Of a stretch of 41,801 nt of DNA, positions 17,370 through 24,990 are shown piece by piece. The notes below the pieces were generated by a model, which made no database searches, was not told the DNA's origin, and saw only the letters and a program-made list of their open reading frames with translations. The translations under genes and the position numbers were made by a program. This DNA is from Alphaproteobacteria bacterium UBA2947. Lineage in GTDB: Bacteria > Pseudomonadota > Alphaproteobacteria > Rs-D84. Position 1 is the stretch's first letter. Each line of letters starts with the position of its first letter. The stretch covers positions 1-41,801 of the forward strand of contig DEBV01000004.1 in assembly GCA_002348925.1 (NCBI GenBank), read 5' to 3'.

Positions 17370-18668
17370 TTATTTCTTTAGTTTTCCTGCAGTTTCCAAA
17401 ATCTTTTTTATTGCCCCAGGTGTCGCTTTCGCTTTGCCCCACATAACTTTTGCATCACCTGTTACTTTGTTATATAACCAGTGGTCTTTGGTTGTATACA
17501 TATCTAATCTTTGACGGGTCATGTCGAAAATGTTGTGCATTAAAAAGAAAGTTAGCAATGCAGATATCCACAATATAGAATGTTGGCCAAAATTCATAGC
17601 GCTGTTTGTGATAGATGGCACATTAGAAGTTGAAACACCGCCAGCCGCAACAACAAATACTGACGAAGACCAATTAAACAGTGCGCGAACCAGTGCAATA
17701 TTTACACACAATATAAACGCACATGCAATCATCGTGATAATAAGATTTTTCAACGCATCTATTATTTGTGAAAACACAGGCAATATATCAAACCATTTGT
17801 CTGATTTTTTTGCGACCCACGCCAACACATTAAACGGATACATTATAAGCGATAAACAAAAATCAAATATGGCCTGAATTATCAAAAGTGCCATAAACAC
17901 ATTGGCTGATATAAACGCGAACAGCAACAATATCCCGCTGACTATGTTTAATAAATCTTCGCCACCATGTGGTATCATTGTCATTAAACCGCGCAATCCA
18001 GTTTTAAGAAAATCAAAACCGTATTTTATAACTTTGTTGTTTTCTTGCGAGATTATATAGACAGGTTTTACCAAGAAATCACAACTGCGTTTTGAAATCC
18101 ATCCAGATTCTTCAATGGAAGCAGGACACGCAGGTGCGTCGCTTGCATCGATTGTCGATTTGTTAATATTTACCAAAATTTGTTCTGTATAAATAGACCC
18201 GAATTCCAAAAATGGGTTAACCAGCCATTCTGTCACATATACAGGTTTTATTTGCAACAACAATACCCCCGCGACAATCGCACGAATACATGGTTTCAAA
18301 ACATTTTCTGATATTTTCCAAGGGTCCGCTTTGCCATCAACCATTTCGCCACCGTCTGAAAATCCAAGAAACGACAGCCAATCTTTTGGAAAGTGCATCT
18401 TAATCAAATACAAGCAAATATAAAAAGCCAGAAACGCATAGATGAACAAATATACGATTCCGTCGCCTTTGCCCACAAAAAAGTTATACAAAGATGTTGC
18501 GATATTCATCATTGTTTCCAAGACCAGTGGAACAAATGGTGCCAAATTATATGCGTCTAATATGTTTGCATGTGCAGGCAATACAAAAAAAGCACACAGC
18601 ACAAACGCACTGAACAATATTCTGGTGCACGATAACAAGCGTGATAACAGGGCTTTTTTTATATACAT
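17370..18668 (-). CDS. Polytopic membrane protein, paralogue 4 of 5 (first gene of the operon)
   Basis: AAAGAGAGA precedes the ATG. Signal peptide ...FVLCAFFVLPAHA|NILD. Loop Cys pair (PACPAS...RSC). Tail ...KVMWGKAKATPGAIKKILETAGKLKK. Confidence 0.88.
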   Translation of the reverse strand: MYIKKALLSRLLSCTRILFSAFVLCAFFVLPAHANILDAYNLAPFVPLVLETMMNIATSLYNFFVGKGDGIVYLFIYAFLAFYICLYLIKMHFPKDWLSFLGFSDGGEMVDGKADPWKISENVLKPCIRAIVAGVLLLQIKPVYVTEWLVNPFLEFGSIYTEQILVNINKSTIDASDAPACPASIEESGWISKRSCDFLVKPVYIISQENNKVIKYGFDFLKTGLRGLMTMIPHGGEDLLNIVSGILLLFAFISANVFMALLIIQAIFDFCLSLIMYPFNVLAWVAKKSDKWFDILPVFSQIIDALKNLIITMIACAFILCVNIALVRALFNWSSSVFVVAAGGVSTSNVPSITNSAMNFGQHSILWISALLTFFLMHNIFDMTRQRLDMYTTKDHWLYNKVTGDAKVMWGKAKATPGAIKKILETAGKLKK

Positions 18669-18695
18669 TCTCTCTTTTTATTTCTTATTTACTGA

Positions 18696-18704
18696 ATTAT
18701 ATCA
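18696..18704 (-). promoter_or_regulatory. Extended -10 promoter element for the four-gene membrane-protein operon
   Basis: The reverse complement reads TGaTATAAT, ~28 nt upstream of the ATG at 18668. Confidence 0.45.
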
Positions 18705-18720
18705 CATTTAGAATAATTTA

Positions 18721-18729
18721 TGGTATAAT
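18721..18729 (+). promoter_or_regulatory. Extended -10 promoter element for the divergent fifth paralogue
   Basis: TGgTATAAT (18721-18729). The ATG at 18737 is 7 nt downstream with no SD, so the mRNA may be leaderless. Confidence 0.4.
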
Positions 18730-18736
18730 TAAAATT

Positions 18737-20029
18737 ATGAAAGCGTTAAAAAATTTTTGGTTGTGGTTTGTTGCACTGTTGCCATTTTCAGCATGGGGTG
18801 TCGCGCCATTTGTATTGGGGGGCGCAGCGGTAGGCGTTGGTATCATCGGGGTTTCAATATGGCGAACCGCTGCACCTGTCGATATGGCAAGCGCGCTTGA
18901 TTTCTTTACTTCGTGTTGGACATGTCAGATTTTTTCAGATGTTATGATTTCTATGTCTAATTTATTGCCAAAGGTTTATGCGGCACTGGGTCAGGTTATA
19001 ATACCAATGTCTGCGACTTTGTTGGCGATATTTATTGCGTGGAATTTATTGTCAAATGCGCTGAATAACAAGATGGAAAGTGGTTCTAAAATTATGGGGA
19101 ATTTTGGAACACATATTTTCAGATTAAGTGTTTTAGTTATATTGTTGGCATTGCCGTTGCCGCGGTTGATAACAAATGTGTTTATTGAACCTGCGCTGGT
19201 TGTTGGTACATCTTTTGATTATGTTGTTTCGGATAATAATAAATTTTCTGAATGTATGGTTGCAACAGCCATCGCAGATCCTGTATCTGTTTCTGCGGAT
19301 GCATCTGCATATGGGGCGTTTTCGCCAAAATTGCGACACCAACTTGCATGCGAAGTCGCAAATGTTCACCAGATAACAGGTCTTGGTATGAGTATTGGTT
19401 GGACAATAATGAATATGGCTTTTAATGCAGACTATATGCATAAAATATTGGCGAATATCCCAATCTTTCCAAATATACCGATTTTCTTTGTGGGACTTTT
19501 GATATTGGCGTTATATTTTTATGCGCTTTTGCCGATACCATTATATTTCTTGGAAGTGTTTGTAAAATTGGCTCTGGATTTAGTGATGTTACCACTGATG
19601 TTGATGTCTTGGATGTTTGATGATGAAAACTTTGCGATTTTCCCAAAAGGTGGCAAAACGATTCGCCAAATGATAGATGATGTAATCAAAGCTGTGGTTG
19701 GAATTGCACTGACAGTGGTATTTCTAGCATTTTCGATAATGTTTCTTAATGCAGCGTTTGGCAGTATCGAAGGTGTTAATATTTTGCAACAAGCAATTGT
19801 GAATAACGATTCGAAAATACTGATGGACGGCTTGCTTTTCCACAATGGCAGCATTATCACAGTGGTCTTGATGGGTATCTTTTTGGCGATGTTTATGACG
19901 ATGATACCGCAACTGACAAATATGTTGTTCAAGATACAAATATCAGATAAATACTATCAGACAGCAAAAAAAGACTTGGATATAATGTGGGAAAACATGA
20001 AAAAATGGGCGTCCGCAATAAAAAAATAA
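18737..20029 (+). CDS. Polytopic membrane protein, paralogue 5 of 5 (divergent)
   Basis: Start taken at ATG 18737 (MKALKNFWLWFVALLPFSA...). The track start at 18641 is a GTG inside the opposite-strand gene. CWTCQIF motif (18914-18925 encodes CWTC). Loop Cys pair (SEC...LAC). Tail ...DLDIMWENMKKWASAIKK. Confidence 0.85.
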   Translation: MKALKNFWLWFVALLPFSAWGVAPFVLGGAAVGVGIIGVSIWRTAAPVDMASALDFFTSCWTCQIFSDVMISMSNLLPKVYAALGQVIIPMSATLLAIFIAWNLLSNALNNKMESGSKIMGNFGTHIFRLSVLVILLALPLPRLITNVFIEPALVVGTSFDYVVSDNNKFSECMVATAIADPVSVSADASAYGAFSPKLRHQLACEVANVHQITGLGMSIGWTIMNMAFNADYMHKILANIPIFPNIPIFFVGLLILALYFYALLPIPLYFLEVFVKLALDLVMLPLMLMSWMFDDENFAIFPKGGKTIRQMIDDVIKAVVGIALTVVFLAFSIMFLNAAFGSIEGVNILQQAIVNNDSKILMDGLLFHNGSIITVVLMGIFLAMFMTMIPQLTNMLFKIQISDKYYQTAKKDLDIMWENMKKWASAIKK

Positions 20030-20094
20030 AAAATCAAGTGGTTTATTTAACAAAGTGCTCTTTTTTATCGCGTCCGAATCTGATATAATTCATC

Positions 20095-20607
20095 GTGATG
20101 AGTAAAATTCCGATTCTTTACTGGCCACACGAAACGAAAGGTAATAACGATTACCAACTTTCGCGCAAGGTTATAAACAGTCTGACTGGCCTTATGCCAG
20201 AGGTTGTTTTGGACGATTTGGATATAAGTGGAATTTTTGCAGACAAGAAAGACGCGGTTATTTATTATCCTGTGTTTTGCGAATCAACAGGCTGGTGGGG
20301 CGAATTATTGGGTGGCGATGGCGTCATCGTTGAAAAGATAATTGTTTCTCCAGAATGTCAGTTAATGGTTATTATGCCATCCGAAGTCGCAAATCTTCGT
20401 GGGAAAAATCAGTTATTGGCCGCAGAAATCAGACCTTCTAGCGGCTTTTTCAAGAAAATGAATTCGTCTATTGCTACTGTTTCTGATATGTTGGCAACGG
20501 ACGCAGGAACCATTTTGGCTTTGTTTTCTGGGAAAAACCAGAATCAGTTTATAAATGTTATTGAAAGCACTGGCAATTCATATTTGGGCTGTATCGGTCA
20601 ATATTAA
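20095..20607 (+). CDS. Hypothetical soluble protein (170 aa)
   Basis: Clean ORF with no TM segments and no motif I recognise. GTG 20095 or ATG 20098 lies 6-9 nt after a TATAAT (20084-20089). Confidence 0.6.
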   Translation: MMSKIPILYWPHETKGNNDYQLSRKVINSLTGLMPEVVLDDLDISGIFADKKDAVIYYPVFCESTGWWGELLGGDGVIVEKIIVSPECQLMVIMPSEVANLRGKNQLLAAEIRPSSGFFKKMNSSIATVSDMLATDAGTILALFSGKNQNQFINVIESTGNSYLGCIGQY

Positions 20608-20629
20608 ATCTAAAAACAACAAGTTTATC

Positions 20630-20657
20630 TTGATTTTAATAAAAAAGCAGTTATAAT
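20630..20657 (+). promoter_or_regulatory. Sigma70-type promoter of rpmE
   Basis: TTGATT (20630-20635), a 16-nt spacer, then TATAAT (20652-20657). Confidence 0.45.
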
Positions 20658-20698
20658 TTTCGGGCTATTATATGTAACCTAAAACAAAGGACAATACG

Positions 20699-20911
20699 AT
20701 GAAAAAAGGAATTCATCCAGAATATCACGAAATTAACGTGACTACAACCGACGGAAAAACAGTAAAAATGTATTCTTCTGTTAAAAAAGATTTGGTTTTA
20801 TCAACAGACAATTTGAATCATCCTGCATGGACTGGCCAACGCAGCAACGAAGGCGTGAAGGGCAAACGTGCCGCTGAATTCAAAAGCAAATTTGCTGGAT
20901 TTAATTTCTAA
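20699..20911 (+). CDS. rpmE: 50S ribosomal protein L31 (Cys-less form)
   Basis: MKKGIHPEYHEI...HPAWTG is canonical L31. It lacks the CxxC zinc ribbon. Confidence 0.95.
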   Translation: MKKGIHPEYHEINVTTTDGKTVKMYSSVKKDLVLSTDNLNHPAWTGQRSNEGVKGKRAAEFKSKFAGFNF

Positions 20912-20938
20912 TAATCTTTTAAACCAAAAGGCGCCATT

Positions 20939-21649
20939 ATGGATTTGCTGATTAAAGGTTCAACAGAATTAAACAAAATGTTTGCGGCATTGCAGAACAC
21001 TGCAATGGGTCTGCGCCACGATTTTGGGGAAGTTGAAAACTTGCAGCAATCGCTTAAAAGCGCACGTGATTTTGTCGCAAAAGCGTCCGCACGAATCGAA
21101 GAAAGTATTCTTAACGATTTGCAGTTGGTTCGTCCATCGGCTGGTTTGTTAACACCAGATGTTTCCAAGAACGGCGATGGTCGCGATGAATTTGTGTTGG
21201 CTTTGTCTGGGGCGGCAAATTTTGTTCGTGGAAACGCACATTTTGCAATTTCATTGGCATTACGTTCAAATGGCGAAACAAAAATCGCACTGATTTATTC
21301 CCCAATAGATGAAAGATTGTATTATGGCGAAGCAGGCAAGGGTGCATACGTGTTTTCTGCGTACCATTCTGAAAAGATTCGCGTTTCTAATTTGGTTGAA
21401 CCAGCAGATTTAACAATCGGATATAACACAAACGGCATTCGTCCAATAATCGCAGGCAATGCCCGTGAAACAGGTTGCCCAGCACTTGATTTAGCATGGG
21501 TTGCGGCGGGTAAACTTGATGCGTTTGTGTCTGATCCAATCGATTATGCTGAAATTGCCGCGGGCGAATTACTGATTAACGAGGCTGGCGGAAAGTTTTC
21601 AATGGACACAGGCGACATAATCGCCACCAATGGCAAGGTTGAATTATAA
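20939..21649 (+). CDS. Inositol monophosphatase (SuhB/IMPase) family protein, catalytic motifs degenerate
   Basis: The C-terminal half aligns well with SuhB: ALDLAWVAAGKLDAF...IAAGELLINEAGG. The metal-binding motifs are replaced, see findings. Confidence 0.8.
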   Translation: MDLLIKGSTELNKMFAALQNTAMGLRHDFGEVENLQQSLKSARDFVAKASARIEESILNDLQLVRPSAGLLTPDVSKNGDGRDEFVLALSGAANFVRGNAHFAISLALRSNGETKIALIYSPIDERLYYGEAGKGAYVFSAYHSEKIRVSNLVEPADLTIGYNTNGIRPIIAGNARETGCPALDLAWVAAGKLDAFVSDPIDYAEIAAGELLINEAGGKFSMDTGDIIATNGKVEL

Positions 21650-21727
21650 GATTTCAGAAGCTGGCGTTGCCAGTTTTTTTAATTCATTAACTTGCACATT
21701 ACAAATATTTGATATAAAATAATTTCT

Positions 21728-23776
21728 ATGAAATTTAAAAAATATTTGCGGATTTTTCTTAATGTTATTTTCTGGTGTATTGTCGCTGGTATTGCGGGTT
21801 TGGCGGCATTGGTGTTGATTTATGGGCACGATTTACCTGATTATAAAAACTTGGCAACCTATACCCCACCAGTTGCAACACGTTTGTATGCTTCGGACGG
21901 TTCGCTGCTTATCGAATATGCCGAAGAAAGACGTGTTTTTATCGACTTTGACGATATGCCGCCGCAACTTGTTAACGCGTTTATCGCCGCAGAAGATCAA
22001 AATTTTTGGACGCACCCAGGGATAGATGTTCAGGGAATTACACGTGCCGCACTTAATAACGGTATGCGTGTTCTGGGATTTGATACTAAATTTACTGGTG
22101 CTTCGACCATCACGCAACAGGTTGCAAAGAATTTCTTTTTAACTTCTGACAGAACCATTTCGCGCAAGGTCAAAGAAGCAATCCTTGCGTTGCGTCTGGA
22201 ACGCAGTTTTTCCAAGAAACACATAATGACACTGTATTTAAATGAAATATTCCTTGGTGCGCGCGCATATGGGGTTGGATCCGCGGCATTGATGTATTTT
22301 AATAAGCCAGTCAAAGATTTATCTTTGGCAGAATGTGCTTTCCTTGCGTCCTTGCCAAAGGCGCCAAATGACCGCGATCGTGCGATTGAACGTCGTAATT
22401 ATGTTTTAAAACGTATGGTTGATGATGGCTATATAACAAAAGAAATGGCAGATGAAGCCATGGCAGAACCACTGAATATAAATTCTGGCTTTACCGCGCA
22501 AATGGAAATGGATTTTCAATATTTTGCAGAAGATGTTCGTCGTAAATTGCTGGAAAATATTGGACGTGATACTTTGTATAATCAGGGGCTTTACATAAAA
22601 ACAACAATTAACCCAGAATTGCAAAGGGCTGCTGCTGCTGCGCTGAACAAAGAATTGGATGCGTTTAATGCGAACAAGTCTGCAAAAGAGCCAAAATTAC
22701 AGGGTGCAATTATAGCAATGAATCCACACACTGGACGCATTTTAGCAATGACAGGTGGTCGTTCTTTTAAAGAGAGTTCTTTTAATCGTGCAACACAGGC
22801 ATATCGCCAGATTGGTTCAACAATAAAACCTTTCGTTTATTTGTCTGCACTGGAAAAAGGATACAGTCCAGAAAGTTTGATTTTGGACGCACCTATTGTT
22901 GGGTGGCGTGAAAATAACAAAGAGTGGCGCCCTGAAAATTACGACAGAAAATTTATGGGGAATATTCCACTGCGTTTTGCGCTGGAAACTTCACGTAATG
23001 TGCCAGCGGTTCGTATGGTTGAACAAATTGGCGTGCGTGATGCGATTGACACAGCACAAAGGTTCGGTGTTTATCCAAAAGATTTAAAACAAATGAACGA
23101 ATCGTTGGCGCTGGGCAGTGGTGAAACGACTTTGCAAAAACTGGTGTTGGGATATTCTGCATTTATAAACGGTGGACGCGCGATTCAACCAAAGATGGTT
23201 GACTATATCGAAGACAGATATGGGAATTTACTTAGCGGACAAAAACATAAACAAATCGAATGGGATGAAACACTTTTGCCGCCTGTGGACGAAGAAAAAT
23301 CAGAACCACTTTCTGATCCGCAGAGTTTATATCAACTGGTTTCTATTCTGCAGGGTGTTGTTGAACGCGGGACAGGTAAACAAGCACAAGTTGCGGGACA
23401 CACGATTGCTGGAAAAACAGGCACAACAAATAATGTCAAAGATGTTTGGTTTGTCGGCTTTTCAAAGAACCTGATTGCAGGTGTGTATTTGGGATATGAT
23501 ACACCAAAATCACTGGGCAAGGGTGCGGGTTCGCACATGGCAGCACGTGTGTTTGCAGACTTTATGCGTGTTGCATTACAAGATGAAAGCAATCAGCCGT
23601 TTTCTGTGCCAGACGGCCTTACGATTGTTCGTGTAAATCGTGGCAATGGTGTTGCGGCATCACAGGACCCAAATGGCATCATAGTTAACGAATTTTTCAA
23701 GGAAGGACAAGCTCCAAATAAACCACAAAATGTCGAAACCAAAGTCGAACAGGCGGTGGTTGGTGGTATATTCTAA
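21728..23776 (+). CDS. mrcA: Penicillin-binding protein 1A (bifunctional glycosyltransferase/transpeptidase)
   Basis: GT51 motifs AAEDQNFWTHPGID, GASTITQQVAKN, RKVKEAILALRLE. Transpeptidase motifs STIKPF (SxxK), SRN (SxN), KTGTT. N-terminal membrane anchor. Confidence 0.93.
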   Translation: MKFKKYLRIFLNVIFWCIVAGIAGLAALVLIYGHDLPDYKNLATYTPPVATRLYASDGSLLIEYAEERRVFIDFDDMPPQLVNAFIAAEDQNFWTHPGIDVQGITRAALNNGMRVLGFDTKFTGASTITQQVAKNFFLTSDRTISRKVKEAILALRLERSFSKKHIMTLYLNEIFLGARAYGVGSAALMYFNKPVKDLSLAECAFLASLPKAPNDRDRAIERRNYVLKRMVDDGYITKEMADEAMAEPLNINSGFTAQMEMDFQYFAEDVRRKLLENIGRDTLYNQGLYIKTTINPELQRAAAAALNKELDAFNANKSAKEPKLQGAIIAMNPHTGRILAMTGGRSFKESSFNRATQAYRQIGSTIKPFVYLSALEKGYSPESLILDAPIVGWRENNKEWRPENYDRKFMGNIPLRFALETSRNVPAVRMVEQIGVRDAIDTAQRFGVYPKDLKQMNESLALGSGETTLQKLVLGYSAFINGGRAIQPKMVDYIEDRYGNLLSGQKHKQIEWDETLLPPVDEEKSEPLSDPQSLYQLVSILQGVVERGTGKQAQVAGHTIAGKTGTTNNVKDVWFVGFSKNLIAGVYLGYDTPKSLGKGAGSHMAARVFADFMRVALQDESNQPFSVPDGLTIVRVNRGNGVAASQDPNGIIVNEFFKEGQAPNKPQNVETKVEQAVVGGIF

Positions 23777-23847
23777 AATATATATATTTCTTCTTTATGT
23801 TTGGGAATTTTTTATGATAAAATGGTCAGTATAAAAAGGAGAATTTT

Positions 23848-24981
23848 ATGCTGACTGATTTTTTAATAAGCCGTGGTTACCAATTTTTTGCAAGTGGTTG
23901 GACGCAATTTGCCGCTGCGTTCGGTATGGCGTTTTTGATAATGATTGTTTTTGGTCGTGGCTTTATACGATTGATGCATAAAATCCAAGGCAAAGGTCAA
24001 CCAATCAGTGAAAATGTCCCTGAAGAACATAAAAAGAAAGCAGGTACACCATCTATGGGCGGTGTGTTGATTTTAATTGCTGTGTTTGTGGCATCGCTGT
24101 TATTTATGCCAATGCATAATATAACAGGCTGGATTGCTTTGTCTTCTTTGTTAATGTTCGGGGCAATTGGTTTTGCAGATGATTACAAGAAAATAACCAG
24201 CCAATCAAAGAAAGCGTCAAATGGTTTATCGCCAGCAATGCGTTTGGGCTTGGAAGCAATCTGTGTTGCTGTTTTGGCGTATTTTATAAATAAAACAATG
24301 CCAGGATATGTTCCAAATTTATCCATTGTTTTGGGTTCTACTATGGAATTACCTTTGGATTCATGGCAGATTGGTTATTTGTGTGGAATTCCACTAACAT
24401 TTGGTTTTTTGTATTATGTATTTGCATATTTTGTGATATGTGGTTCTGCAAATGCTACAAATATCACAGACGGTTTAGATGGTATGTTGTCTAAACTTTA
24501 TATGCCAGTGTTAATTGTTTTGGTCGTCGCACTTTATGGTGCAACCAGAACAGGTTTTATGGACGCTGTTATATTCTTGCCACAAACCAGTGCACTGTAT
24601 GCAGTACTGGGTGCGGTGTTCGGCGGTGTTCTTGGGTTCTTGTGGTTTAATGCAAAACCAGCCAGTATATTTATGGGCGACGTGGGTTCGCTCGCACTGG
24701 GTGGTTTTATGGGAACAGTTGCAATGTTGCTGAAATCAGAAATTATAATGGGTGTTGCCGCTGGGATGATGGTTTTGATTTTATTGTCTTCGTTTATACA
24801 AACAATGGTGTTTAAAATAACACGTAAAATAACTGGTACGGGCAGACGTGTATTCTTGCGTGCGCCAATTCATCATCATTTTGAAGAACTGGGGTGGCCA
24901 GAAACCAAAATAGTGGACAGATTCTTCATAATTTCAATTCTGTTTTCGGGATTGGCATTGGTATTGTTAAAGTTTGCATAG
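23848..24981 (+). CDS. mraY: Phospho-N-acetylmuramoyl-pentapeptide transferase
   Basis: SD AAAGGAG. ~10 TM helices. NATNITDGLDGM and HHHFE motifs typical of MraY. Confidence 0.93.
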   Translation: MLTDFLISRGYQFFASGWTQFAAAFGMAFLIMIVFGRGFIRLMHKIQGKGQPISENVPEEHKKKAGTPSMGGVLILIAVFVASLLFMPMHNITGWIALSSLLMFGAIGFADDYKKITSQSKKASNGLSPAMRLGLEAICVAVLAYFINKTMPGYVPNLSIVLGSTMELPLDSWQIGYLCGIPLTFGFLYYVFAYFVICGSANATNITDGLDGMLSKLYMPVLIVLVVALYGATRTGFMDAVIFLPQTSALYAVLGAVFGGVLGFLWFNAKPASIFMGDVGSLALGGFMGTVAMLLKSEIIMGVAAGMMVLILLSSFIQTMVFKITRKITGTGRRVFLRAPIHHHFEELGWPETKIVDRFFIISILFSGLALVLLKFA

Positions 24982-24990
24982 GGTATAAAA

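Noticed and set aside
13440-20029. Calling the five-gene array a complete type IV secretion locus
   Set aside because: No VirB4/VirB11/VirD4 ATPase, VirB8-10 core or pilin genes occur anywhere in the window. Only the VirB6-like architecture is arguable, so the claim is limited to that and left unverified.
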